Origin: an uncultured candidatus Porisulfidus sp.
GTDB lineage: Bacteria; Pseudomonadota; Gammaproteobacteria; Poriferisulfidales; Poriferisulfidaceae
Direction: 5' to 3'
DNA length: 64,000 nt
Assembly (NCBI GenBank): GCA_965116025.1
Contig: OZ220480.1
Coordinates: 288,001-352,000 of the forward strand
The notes under the pieces are model-generated. The model was given only the letters and a program-made list of their open reading frames with translations, was not told the origin of the DNA and searched no databases. The translations under genes were made by a program, and so were the position numbers. Of this stretch, positions 34,769 through 43,740 are shown piece by piece (position 1 is the stretch's first letter; the number at the start of each line of letters is the position of its first letter).

Positions 34769-35018
34769 GGCTTCCCTCCGTATCCCGGCGGGCTTCGCCC
34801 GCCGATCGGTTGCGGGGAAGAAGCGAAAGGATGGCGGAACAGGTCGGACCGACGCTCCGAGAGCCTGGTGTTGACATAGGCCTTCGAGGCCGTACAAATG
34901 ATAAGGCCGGAGCGTGCGGAACCCATCGGGGCCCGGGAGGCGACGTCCTCCCACCGAGAGGCCGGATATATGTGCGCGGCCGATCGACCGTCGCCTCAAG
35001 CTTCCGACTTGCAGGGAG
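34769..35018 (+). ncRNA. Predicted bridge RNA / seekRNA region of the IS1111-type element
   Basis: Hairpin 34786-34804; stem ACGCTCCG/CGGAGCGT (34852-59/34908-15) enclosing an internal loop and hairpin GGCCTTCGAGGCC; second loop with GGGAGG/CCTCCC hairpin. RNA ends are not defined. Confidence 0.7.
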
Positions 35019-35964
35019 GGGGCGAACCATATAAGTAAACGCGTGACATGCCCAGTTTCAGGTAGTGGGCGAAGCCAGCCAGATCAAGAGCGCTTTCACC
35101 GCCCAGGTGCACGTCGCGCTTCATGATCCACTGTAGCGAGAGCAGAGGAATTTCCCAAGATGCTTCAGCCCTCCCCTGCGCGCCCTCAGGCAAAGGGCGG
35201 CGATAAACCCCTCGGATGACGCGCTCCATCCATCCGCGAGAAACATAGCCGTGGAGAGATTTCGGATCGATGCCTTGCGCCTTGATCCACGCGGCATCAG
35301 CCATGAAACCAGGCGGAACCTTGTCCAAAAGGCTTTTTAGCTTTGATGTCTTTCGATGACCATTGACCATCTAAATGGAGAAGATTCGAAAAACCTTTCT
35401 TCGAGAATATCACCGCTATTATGGCAAAACTTTGCCGTTCCAAGCTCGAGCTCAGGACCATGGCTTTGATTTTTCGCCATTGATGATCCCGCGAATTCCT
35501 TGTTTTCCTCCGCGCGAGGGCGGGTGCGTAAGGATCGATCCTTTATAAAGTCAAGATTTTCCTTAGTCTTCCACCATGCCCGGCAGATCCTGTTGCTTCG
35601 TGACCGCCCGAGGCAACGCTTTGAAGCACGTCATGCCTCGCCAGCTCCCAAACCCACGGCATTCACCACTCGGAAGGCGGCCAGCCGGTTAGCCTCGCCA
35701 TCACCCATGTGGCGACCCAGCTGTCCCATAAGAAATCTCACCCCCCCCACTCGACCCGTCCATCGCTCACGCTTGCGCCCTGAAGACGATATATCGGTAG
35801 TCGCTCACGGGAAAATCAGATGCCGCCCCGTGGCCGCTTCCTTGAATCCAATAATTGTAAGTGACGGCCATCTTGGTGCCTGATGATACAATGCGGGACT
35901 ATTGATAGTTGACAGCCCGAGCGGAAAGACGCTCCGCGAAAGTTGCGGTCTTGACACTTGTTGA

Positions 35965-37704
35965 ATGAGCACTCCATTACCTACCGAGGTCCGATTGAAA
36001 TGCTTCGCGGCAATTCTTGACGCGGCCAATCGCTGGAAGAAAGAATGCCTCCTTGGAGGCACCTCGTTGCTTGGCGAGGAAAAGCTCTGGACGCACGATA
36101 CGTTCGGCCACCTTCAACGGCACTATACCGAGAACCTTTACGAGGGATCCCAATATAGTTTTGAAGAGCGGCTACAGGTCCAACTGGAACCTGCGCCGCC
36201 GGAGGCGAAGAAGCTATGTGCGGAAGTTTTCTGGGTGTATTACCTTCTCGTTCGTTCCGTCACGCGGGCTAAGAAACTCGACAGAATAAAAACGGTCTGG
36301 GAATGGTCCGGAGCAAGTGTGCCTGAAAACCACTGGGCACTTGGTGATGTTCTCGACAAAGGGGTCGTCCTCGCGGGAATGGCCTACAATCTTGGGCTAT
36401 GGAAGGAGTTAATGTTCATCTTCACTCTCATGCATGATTGGACCACCCGTTCCGCAAGCGACCGGAAATCCTTGTTAAGCGACCCTTGGCGTTTCGCCGA
36501 GTTCCTTGACGAACAACCGGACTCGGACCGTCGCCAATTCCGCCATGCCCTATTATTCCTTCTGTTTCCGAATGACTTCCAGCCAATGGTATCGTCCAGG
36601 CATAAACGGAAGATCGTCAGGGCGTTCCAGGACCAGATCGACGAGACTGTGAAACCAAATCGCATGAGCGCGGCGGGTATTGACCGGACGTTGCTGGCGA
36701 TACAGAGCCGACTCCAAGATCAATATCCCGATCAAGAAGTCTATTTCTACTCATCTCCTTTCAAGGAAATCTGGCAGAACGGCCCACCAGAGGAGGAAGA
36801 TGACTATAGTGACGGGGACGAGGAAGACGAGTGGAACGAAATGGAGAATGAGACGTACACCATTGAGACCGCGCTCGCGGACCTGTTTTTGGAGGAAACT
36901 CAGTTCCGTCGCGTTCTCAAAACCATCAAGCTGCACAAAAATCTGATCCTTCAGGGACCACCGGGCGTCGGCAAGACCTTCATCGCGAAACGAATCGCAT
37001 GGTGCCTTATGGGGCGCGAGGAGTTAGAGGCGGTGGAAATGGTGCAGTTCCACCAGTCTTACGCCTATGAGGATTTCGTGCAGGGCTACCGACCCACGGA
37101 GGAAGGCGGCTTCACGTTGCGCGAGGGTCCGTTCCTCGAATTCTGCGAGCGCGCGGCGGCAGCGCCCGACCAGCCATTCGTATTCATCATCGACGAGATC
37201 AACCGGGGCAACCTGTCCCGGATCTTTGGGGAGTTGCTGATGCTCATCGAGCCAGACAAGCGGGGCCCCGAGCACGAAATCAAACTGACATACGGAAGAA
37301 GGCGATTCAGCGTCCCGAACAACGTGCATCTTCTGGGCCTCATGAACACGGCGGATCGCTCCCTCGCGATCATGGACTACGCTCTGCGCCGGCGTTTTCG
37401 CTTCGAGACCCTCAAGCCGGAATTCGGAACCAGATTCCGGGAACATCTGCTGGAGCATGGAATCGCGACGAGTTTGATCGACCGCATCATCGGGAAAGTC
37501 GGCGCTCTCAACGAGCGGATTCGTGAAGAGAAGGACCTCGGCTCCGACTTCGAGATCGGGCACAGTTATTTCGTGCCCAATGGACAAGCGGGCGAACAGT
37601 GGTATCTGGATGTCATTGATCTGCAGATCAAGCCCCTGTTGCGAGAATATTGGTTTGACCATGCAGACAAGGTAGAGGAAATGGTCGAGGACTTGCGACG
37701 GTGA
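35965..37704 (+). CDS. mcrB: McrB-family AAA+ GTPase (type IV restriction)
   Basis: GPPGVGKT, QFHQSYAYEDF, DEINRGN, MNTADRS, RRRF. Confidence 0.93.
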   Translation: MSTPLPTEVRLKCFAAILDAANRWKKECLLGGTSLLGEEKLWTHDTFGHLQRHYTENLYEGSQYSFEERLQVQLEPAPPEAKKLCAEVFWVYYLLVRSVTRAKKLDRIKTVWEWSGASVPENHWALGDVLDKGVVLAGMAYNLGLWKELMFIFTLMHDWTTRSASDRKSLLSDPWRFAEFLDEQPDSDRRQFRHALLFLLFPNDFQPMVSSRHKRKIVRAFQDQIDETVKPNRMSAAGIDRTLLAIQSRLQDQYPDQEVYFYSSPFKEIWQNGPPEEEDDYSDGDEEDEWNEMENETYTIETALADLFLEETQFRRVLKTIKLHKNLILQGPPGVGKTFIAKRIAWCLMGREELEAVEMVQFHQSYAYEDFVQGYRPTEEGGFTLREGPFLEFCERAAAAPDQPFVFIIDEINRGNLSRIFGELLMLIEPDKRGPEHEIKLTYGRRRFSVPNNVHLLGLMNTADRSLAIMDYALRRRFRFETLKPEFGTRFREHLLEHGIATSLIDRIIGKVGALNERIREEKDLGSDFEIGHSYFVPNGQAGEQWYLDVIDLQIKPLLREYWFDHADKVEEMVEDLRR

Positions 37705-38744
37705 GCCAGAACGAGATTCCGATCACCAATATCTACTACCTCCTTTGCTACGCCTGGAATCATGTCGAGGAAAGCGATGTGGTTCGGATTGAGGAACTGG
37801 AGAATCTGAAAGCGGTCCACGATCTTTTTGGCAAGGTTCTCGCGGAAGGCACGTTTCGACTGATTCGCGGAGGCATCGACCGCGACTATCGGGAAGTGAA
37901 CGAGGACCTCGCCGGGGTACGAGGAAAAATCGAGTTGAGCGAAACGGTGAAGCGGGCGCTACGCGCCCGGGGCCAAGTGGCGTGCGTTTTCGAGGAAATG
38001 TCGCCGGACGTGCTACACAACCAAATCCTTCGTTCCACGCACAAATCGCTACTGAAAATCCCGGACCTGAGCCCTGACGTGCGCGCGAGCGTTCGGGATG
38101 CTTACGCGAAACTCGGAGGCATTACGGTCATTCCGATACGCCGCGAGACGTTCCAACGGGTGCGGCTGGACCGAAATCGTCGTTACTATCGATTCCTGCT
38201 GTCTCTATGCCATCTCATCCATGAGCAGCTATTGGTGGACGAGAAGTCTGGGAAAGCCAGATTCACCGCCTTCAGCGAAGCCCGGATGGAAAAACTGTAT
38301 GAGGACTTCATCATCGGATTCTATCGCCGCGAGCAACGACGCTATCGAGTTAATCACCCCAGCCGTGGGATCTCTTGGGCAGATGAGGGAACAGCCGATG
38401 ATCAGCGACGCTATATTCCTAAAATGGAAGCCGACGTTATCCTGGAAGAGCCGAATCGGCGCATCCTCATAGACGCGAAATACTATAAAGAAGCCTTGAA
38501 GAGCCATTACGGGCACAAAAAACTCTCATCGGGCAACCTCTATCAGCTCTTGGCCTATTTGCGGAATCGCGAGGCCACGGCGCCACCAGGCGCGAAGCAC
38601 GAAGGAATGCTTCTTTATCCGACGGTGGACGAATCGATAGCGATAGATGTCCGCTTGGAGGGATTCTCGATTCAGGCGCGAACCATCAATCTCGCCCAGA
38701 ACTGGCGTGATATCGAAAGAGACATGCTGGCATTGATCGCGTAG
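37701..38744 (+). CDS. mcrC: McrC-family PD-(D/E)xK nuclease
   Basis: NIYYLLCYAW start, RGKI, ADVIL...IDAKYY, LYQLLAY, LLYP; GTGA overlap with mcrB. Confidence 0.92.
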   Translation: MSQNEIPITNIYYLLCYAWNHVEESDVVRIEELENLKAVHDLFGKVLAEGTFRLIRGGIDRDYREVNEDLAGVRGKIELSETVKRALRARGQVACVFEEMSPDVLHNQILRSTHKSLLKIPDLSPDVRASVRDAYAKLGGITVIPIRRETFQRVRLDRNRRYYRFLLSLCHLIHEQLLVDEKSGKARFTAFSEARMEKLYEDFIIGFYRREQRRYRVNHPSRGISWADEGTADDQRRYIPKMEADVILEEPNRRILIDAKYYKEALKSHYGHKKLSSGNLYQLLAYLRNREATAPPGAKHEGMLLYPTVDESIAIDVRLEGFSIQARTINLAQNWRDIERDMLALIA

Positions 38745-38870
38745 ATCAAGCGGCATCCCAACCTTCACTTGTCAGCGCGTTCGGCCCAACCCTCGCGACG
38801 CTCCCGTTTTGCCCCACGCCACCCCTCGAAGCCATCCGAACCCAATTCAAGCAACTGGAGCGGCTTCCGC

Positions 38871-39470
38871 TCAGTATCGCGTTCGCCCCTCGAACGCCGT
38901 CATCAAGGTTCCCGGATCCAGATATTCCAGCTCTCCCCCCACCGGAACTCCCCGCGCTAACCGGGTGACTTTGACCTGATGTCGTCGCGCCAGCTCGCTC
39001 AGCACGTGCGCGGTGACATCGCTTTCCACGGTCGTGCCAATCGCCAGGATCATTTCCTCTATGGGTTCAGTCTCCAAGCATGCCTCCAACTGTGACAGAC
39101 CGATTTCCTCTGGCCCGATGCCGTCCAGCGGAGACAGCCGCCCCATCAGCACGAAATAGCACCCCCGATAATCCGTATTGGCCTCCAGCATTCGAACGTC
39201 GGCCGGGCCTTCCACGACGCACAACTGGCTCTCCAACCGCGACTCGTCCGCGCAAATCGCGCACAGTTCGTTTTCCGTGAAGTTCCGGCAACGCGCGCAA
39301 TGCCGAATGTTGTCCAGTGCCTCCTTCAGCACGGATGCCAGCACGCGCCCGCGCGGGCGGTTTCGCTCTAGAAGATTGAAGGCCATTCGCTGGGCGGTCT
39401 TCACGCCGACCCCAGGAAGGCATTGCAGGGCCTCGACCAGACGGTCCAGCAAACTGTCCGAGGCCGACAC
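38871..39470 (-). CDS. recR: Recombination mediator RecR
   Basis: LPGVGVKTAQRMAF, C4 zinc finger, LSPLDGIGP, GVPVGGELEY. Confidence 0.97.
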   Translation of the reverse strand: MSASDSLLDRLVEALQCLPGVGVKTAQRMAFNLLERNRPRGRVLASVLKEALDNIRHCARCRNFTENELCAICADESRLESQLCVVEGPADVRMLEANTDYRGCYFVLMGRLSPLDGIGPEEIGLSQLEACLETEPIEEMILAIGTTVESDVTAHVLSELARRHQVKVTRLARGVPVGGELEYLDPGTLMTAFEGRTRY

Positions 39471-39471
39471 T

Positions 39472-41067
39472 TCAGGATTCCGAGTCCGGGGCCGCCGCGC
39501 CATCCATCGGCGCGATGATCCGCTGGGCTCCAAGCTCCTCCTGCAGGGCCTGAATCGTTGGGGATTCCTCAATTTCTCGTTGCGCCTGCTTGGCCCGCTC
39601 ATCGCGGTCATAGGCATCCTTTTGCGCCCGGGTCTTCCTCCGCGGCACGCCAAACCGGACGCGCAAGGAAACCTTCCGGCCAAAATATTTGGACAAAGCT
39701 TCCGCCAGAGCGTCTTCCGCTTTGGTGGGGATCGAGTAGGTCTTGTCGCAGATCAAATGCAACGCGTCTCCCTCTATGCGCTCCACCGCGCAATGATCCG
39801 CGAAAACCTTCGCGTTTCCGCGAATCCCAAGTAGCTCGACCAGCGCGCTCCAGTCCATCTCCTCGTTCCACTCGACCGACTCCCTCGACTTTACCGACCC
39901 GGTTTTCGCGGGAGGCGCGCTCTGATTCGGCGACGGATCTCTCGCAGGAGCGGCACTGGGTCCAGCGGGTCCCTCTTCCCGCTGGCCTTCCGGCAGAAAG
40001 CACAATAGCCGCAACAGGGTCATCTCCAGTCCCGTCTGCTCATCCGGCGCGTACTGCAGGTCGCGCTTACCCTGCAACAGTATCTGGTAGCCCAGCTGAA
40101 GGTCGGCCGGACTGTACGCCTCGTTGATCGCGCGGACCCAGTCCCGCATTTCTTCCGGCGCGTCGGCGCCCACTCCTTCGGATGCCATCGCGCAGGCATG
40201 GAGCACTCGGGCCAGATCGTCCAGAATGTCCTGGAACGAAGGCGACAATTCCCGCAGGGCCGCGACCGCTTTCATCACCTCGTCAGTTTTCCGGCTCGCG
40301 AGAGCCTCGACCAGCGCACCGAAACTCTCGCGTGGCAACAGGCCTAGCATCCGGCCCATCTCGTCTTGGGTCAAGCCGTCAGCGCAATAATTAATGGCTT
40401 GGTCCAACAGGCTCAGCCCATCCCGCATGCTGCCATCCGCCGCGCGCGCCAGCCGAATCACCGCCTCAGGCTCGGATTCGAGTTTTTCCTGTTCGAGAAT
40501 CTTTCCCAACTGCTCACCAATCTCGGATTCCGTCAAGCGTTTCAGGTGGAACTGCAGGCACCGAGAAAGTACCGTGGCCGGGAGCTTTTGCGGATCGGTC
40601 GTGGCGAGCAGAAATTTGAGGTGCTCGGGAGGTTCTTCCAAAGTCTTGAGCAAGGCGTTGAAGCTGTGCGTTGACAGCATGTGCACCTCATCAATCAGGT
40701 ATACCTTGAAGCGCCCCTGGGCGGGAACGTAGGACGAGTCCGAGAGCAACTCGCGCATTTCTTCCACGCGGGTGCGGGAGGCCGCGTCGATCTCCAGAAG
40801 ATCCGGAAAGTTCCCTGCATCGATGCTACGGCAGATACCGCATGCTCCGCACGGCTGGGCGCTGACTCCCTGTTCGCAATTCAGGCACTTGGCGACGATT
40901 CGCGCGAGGGTCGTCTTGCCGACGCCACGGGTTCCCGTGAACAGATACGCGTGATGCAACCGATTGTTCTCGAACGCCTTGGTCAGCACCTGAAGCACGT
41001 GCTTTTGCCCGACCACTTCGGCGAACGAGCGGGGCCGCCACCTCCGGGCCAGGACTTCATACGCCAT
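39472..41067 (-). CDS. dnaX: DNA polymerase III subunit gamma/tau
   Basis: YEVLARRWRP, GTRGVGKT, IDEVHML, SRC, GSMRD. Confidence 0.97.
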   Translation of the reverse strand: MAYEVLARRWRPRSFAEVVGQKHVLQVLTKAFENNRLHHAYLFTGTRGVGKTTLARIVAKCLNCEQGVSAQPCGACGICRSIDAGNFPDLLEIDAASRTRVEEMRELLSDSSYVPAQGRFKVYLIDEVHMLSTHSFNALLKTLEEPPEHLKFLLATTDPQKLPATVLSRCLQFHLKRLTESEIGEQLGKILEQEKLESEPEAVIRLARAADGSMRDGLSLLDQAINYCADGLTQDEMGRMLGLLPRESFGALVEALASRKTDEVMKAVAALRELSPSFQDILDDLARVLHACAMASEGVGADAPEEMRDWVRAINEAYSPADLQLGYQILLQGKRDLQYAPDEQTGLEMTLLRLLCFLPEGQREEGPAGPSAAPARDPSPNQSAPPAKTGSVKSRESVEWNEEMDWSALVELLGIRGNAKVFADHCAVERIEGDALHLICDKTYSIPTKAEDALAEALSKYFGRKVSLRVRFGVPRRKTRAQKDAYDRDERAKQAQREIEESPTIQALQEELGAQRIIAPMDGAAAPDSES

Positions 41068-41169
41068 GAGAATGAATGCGAGAATCAGGACTGATCTGTC
41101 GGCGTCATTATAAAGTCCCGCCCGCCCGCGATCGCCGGGTCCAGTTCCAAGCGCGTACAATCCCTCTCG

Positions 41170-42390
41170 ATGCACGGCATTTCCCGCAACCTCGCCCAGT
41201 TCGGGCAACAACTGGCGCAGGTCTTTCTGGTCGGCATGACTCTCGGCATGGTGCGCATGGTGGTCCCGGCCTTGGCGGAGAGCGAGTTCTCGGTCGAGCG
41301 CGACTCCTATCTTCTGCTCACCGTCTTCGTCGTGGCTTTCGGGTTCGTCAAGGGAGCCATGAATTTCGTCGCCGGGCGGACGGCGGACCGATTCGGGCGA
41401 AAACCCGTGCTGCTGGCGGGCTGGCTGTTCGCCCTGCCCGCTCCCTGGCTGATCCTGCATGCCGCGAGCTGGAACGAGGTGGTGCTGGCTACGTTGCTTC
41501 TGGGCATCAACCAGGGCCTGTGCTGGTCGGCGACCCAGGCCAGCAAACTGGACCTCGCGCATTCCCGGGAGCGCGGTTTCGCGGTCGGCTTGGATGAGTT
41601 CGCCGGCTACATGGGGGTGGCCGTGGCCGGGGTCGTGACCGGCTATTTGGCGACCGAGTTGGATGTTCGCGAGGCGTTGTGGGGGTTTGGCCTAGCCTGC
41701 GTTCTCCTCGCCATCGGGCTTCTTTTCGGGTTCGTTCGCGAGACTCTCCCCTGGGCGCGCCGGGAGCAGGAGACGGCCAACGCGTCCGAAACGATGCCCA
41801 CCACCACATGGGAAGCCTTCGCGGAAGTTTCCTGGAGAAATCGACGCATGCTCGCGGTTAGCCAAGCGGGGTTGGTCGAGAAATTCGTGGACACGCTAGT
41901 CTGGATTTTCTACCCGGTCTACTTGTACGCCAACGAATTCAGCCTTCCCGATATCGGCTGGATCGTGGGAATTTACGGAACCGTATGGGGAGCGAGCCAG
42001 TTTCTGACTGGCCGCCTGTCCGACCGAATCGGCCGCCTGCTCCCTTGCGTGGCGGGCATGTGGCTATGCGGGATCGGGGTCCTGGGCTCGTTGTGGAGTC
42101 TGGAATTCGAGGTCTGGGCGGCCAGCGCCGCCGTCACGGGATTCGGCATGGCTTTGCTGTATCCGAATCTCAGCGCCGCGATCAGCGACCTCGCCGCGCC
42201 CGCGTGGCGAGGCTCCGCGATCGGCGTGTACCGCTTCTGGCGCGATTTGGGCTACGGTCTTGGAGCGCTCGGGCTCGGAATCCTCGCGAGTCTGGCTGGC
42301 TCCCTGGAGGCCGGGTTTTACGGAGTCGCCATCAGCATGTTCGCATCCGGGGGGATTCTCGCCTGGCTCGGCCCACGAAGGCCCGGATAG
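41170..42390 (+). CDS. MFS transporter
   Basis: About 12 hydrophobic segments; GRTADRFGRK and GRLSDRIGR motif A copies. Confidence 0.9.
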   Translation: MHGISRNLAQFGQQLAQVFLVGMTLGMVRMVVPALAESEFSVERDSYLLLTVFVVAFGFVKGAMNFVAGRTADRFGRKPVLLAGWLFALPAPWLILHAASWNEVVLATLLLGINQGLCWSATQASKLDLAHSRERGFAVGLDEFAGYMGVAVAGVVTGYLATELDVREALWGFGLACVLLAIGLLFGFVRETLPWARREQETANASETMPTTTWEAFAEVSWRNRRMLAVSQAGLVEKFVDTLVWIFYPVYLYANEFSLPDIGWIVGIYGTVWGASQFLTGRLSDRIGRLLPCVAGMWLCGIGVLGSLWSLEFEVWAASAAVTGFGMALLYPNLSAAISDLAAPAWRGSAIGVYRFWRDLGYGLGALGLGILASLAGSLEAGFYGVAISMFASGGILAWLGPRRPG

Positions 42391-42512
42391 ACCGAAGTAT
42401 CCGAAATGCTTCCTTCTTTTCTCGTCATCCCATTGAAATATGTAGTATTTGACTTTTAAAGCATATATCTCATAATAGTTATTACTTTTCTACGATATTA
42501 TAGATTTTGGTC

Positions 42513-43722
42513 ATGGACCGTCGTCTGTCGAAGCATTTTCTCACTCATTTTCGCAATCATCGGCAGATGCTATTCCTCTCCGGCCCCAGACAGGTCGGGA
42601 AAACCACCTTGGCAAAAGACCTGCGCGACCGGTTCGCCTCGGGTCACTACTTCAACTGGGATGATCCGACCCACAGGGAACTGATCCTGAAAGGACCGGG
42701 AGAGGTCGCGCTGCGCGCGGGACTGGAAAAATTGCGAGCGGACCTTCCCCTGTGCGTCTTCGACGAGCTGCATAAATACCGCCACTGGAGAGACTTTCTG
42801 AAAGGCTTCTTCGACTTGCACGAGAGCCACGCGCGAACCCTAGTGACCGGCAGCGCCTCGCTGGCGACCTTACCAGAGAGGTGGCGACAGCCTGATGGGA
42901 CGGTATTTTCCCTACACGCTTCACCCGGTCTCCGTCGCGGAACTCGCTAGACCCAAGACATCAAGCTCGCTGATCCACAGTCCCGCGCGGATTGATGGCG
43001 ACGAATGGGACTCGCTGTGGCGCTTCGGCGGCTTCCCAGAGCCTTTTCTGAAAGCCGAGCGGAATTTCCACAACCAGTGGAGTGGCCTGCGCGACAACCA
43101 ACTTTTTCGCGAGGACCTGCGCGACCTCACGCGGATCCAGGGGCTGGAACAGGTGGAGACGCTGGCGCAACTGCTGCGCCAGCGCGCCGGACAATTGACC
43201 AGTTACGCCTCTCTCGCCAAAACGGTCCGCTCATCTCTGGACACCGCGCGCCGTTGGACCGCGACGCTGGAAGCGCTTTACTACTGCTTCGCGGTCAGGC
43301 CCTGGCATCACAACGTCGCCCGGGCATTGCGGAAAGAGCCCAAGTACTTTCTGTGGGACTGGAGCCAAGTCGAGTCTCCAGGCGCGCGGGCCGAAAATCT
43401 GGTCGCCTGCGCCTTGCTGAAAGCGGTTCACTGGTGGACCGAATCCGGCGAGGGAGAATTCGCTCTGCATTTCGTTCGGGACAAGCAAAAGCGCGAAGTG
43501 GATTTTTTGGTCGCCAAGGACCGGCGCCCCTGGTTTCTGGTGGAGGTGAAGCGCGGTGGAAACCAGCGCCTGTCAGATTCGTTGCGCTATTTCCAGAAAC
43601 AGACCGGAGCGACGCACGCGTTCCAAGTAGTCATGGACGCGGAATACGTCGCCCGGGATTGCTTCGAGCACTCGGACCCGGTCCTCGTTCCGGGCAGAAC
43701 TTTCCTCAGCCAACTGGTCTGA
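42513..43722 (+). pseudogene. AAA ATPase with DUF4143-like C-terminal domain, single frameshift
   Basis: GPRQVGKT, FDE, TGS in one frame; GDSLMGR, GGFPE, EVDF..VEVK in the next. Removing one T at 42870-71 restores the frame. Confidence 0.85.
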
Positions 43723-43740
43723 CCGCGCGTCGCCAAACTG

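Larger units (their letters stand above)
33625..35031 (+). mobile_element. IS110-family insertion sequence, IS1111-type
   Basis: CCATA at both junctions (33625-29, 35027-31); 12-bp sub-terminal inverted repeats ATGGTTCGCCCC (33639-50) / GGGGCGAACCAT (35019-30); long non-coding end downstream of the transposase. Confidence 0.92.
33123..35370 (-). pseudogene. AbiEi-family antitoxin split by an IS110-family insertion
   Basis: 5' half (MVNGHRK...RGVYRR...SRVYLY) and 3' half (GDVPPW...SSPERAILE...SVKVRRLF) join in frame when the IS is removed at the CCATA core. Confidence 0.9.

Noticed and set aside
34852-34915. IS RNA stem shares CGCTCCG / CCGGAGCG with the CRISPR repeat hairpin
   Set aside because: Only 7-8 nt, GC-rich and with arms in the opposite order; chance is sufficient.
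35400-35960. Intergenic region with a C8 run and short hairpins
   Set aside because: No convincing ORF, tRNA or known RNA motif.
39472-41170. dnaX programmed frameshift site, upstream SRP RNA, and ybaB between dnaX and recR
   Set aside because: No A-AAA-AAG slippery site or SRP motif seen; ybaB is simply absent here, which is minor.
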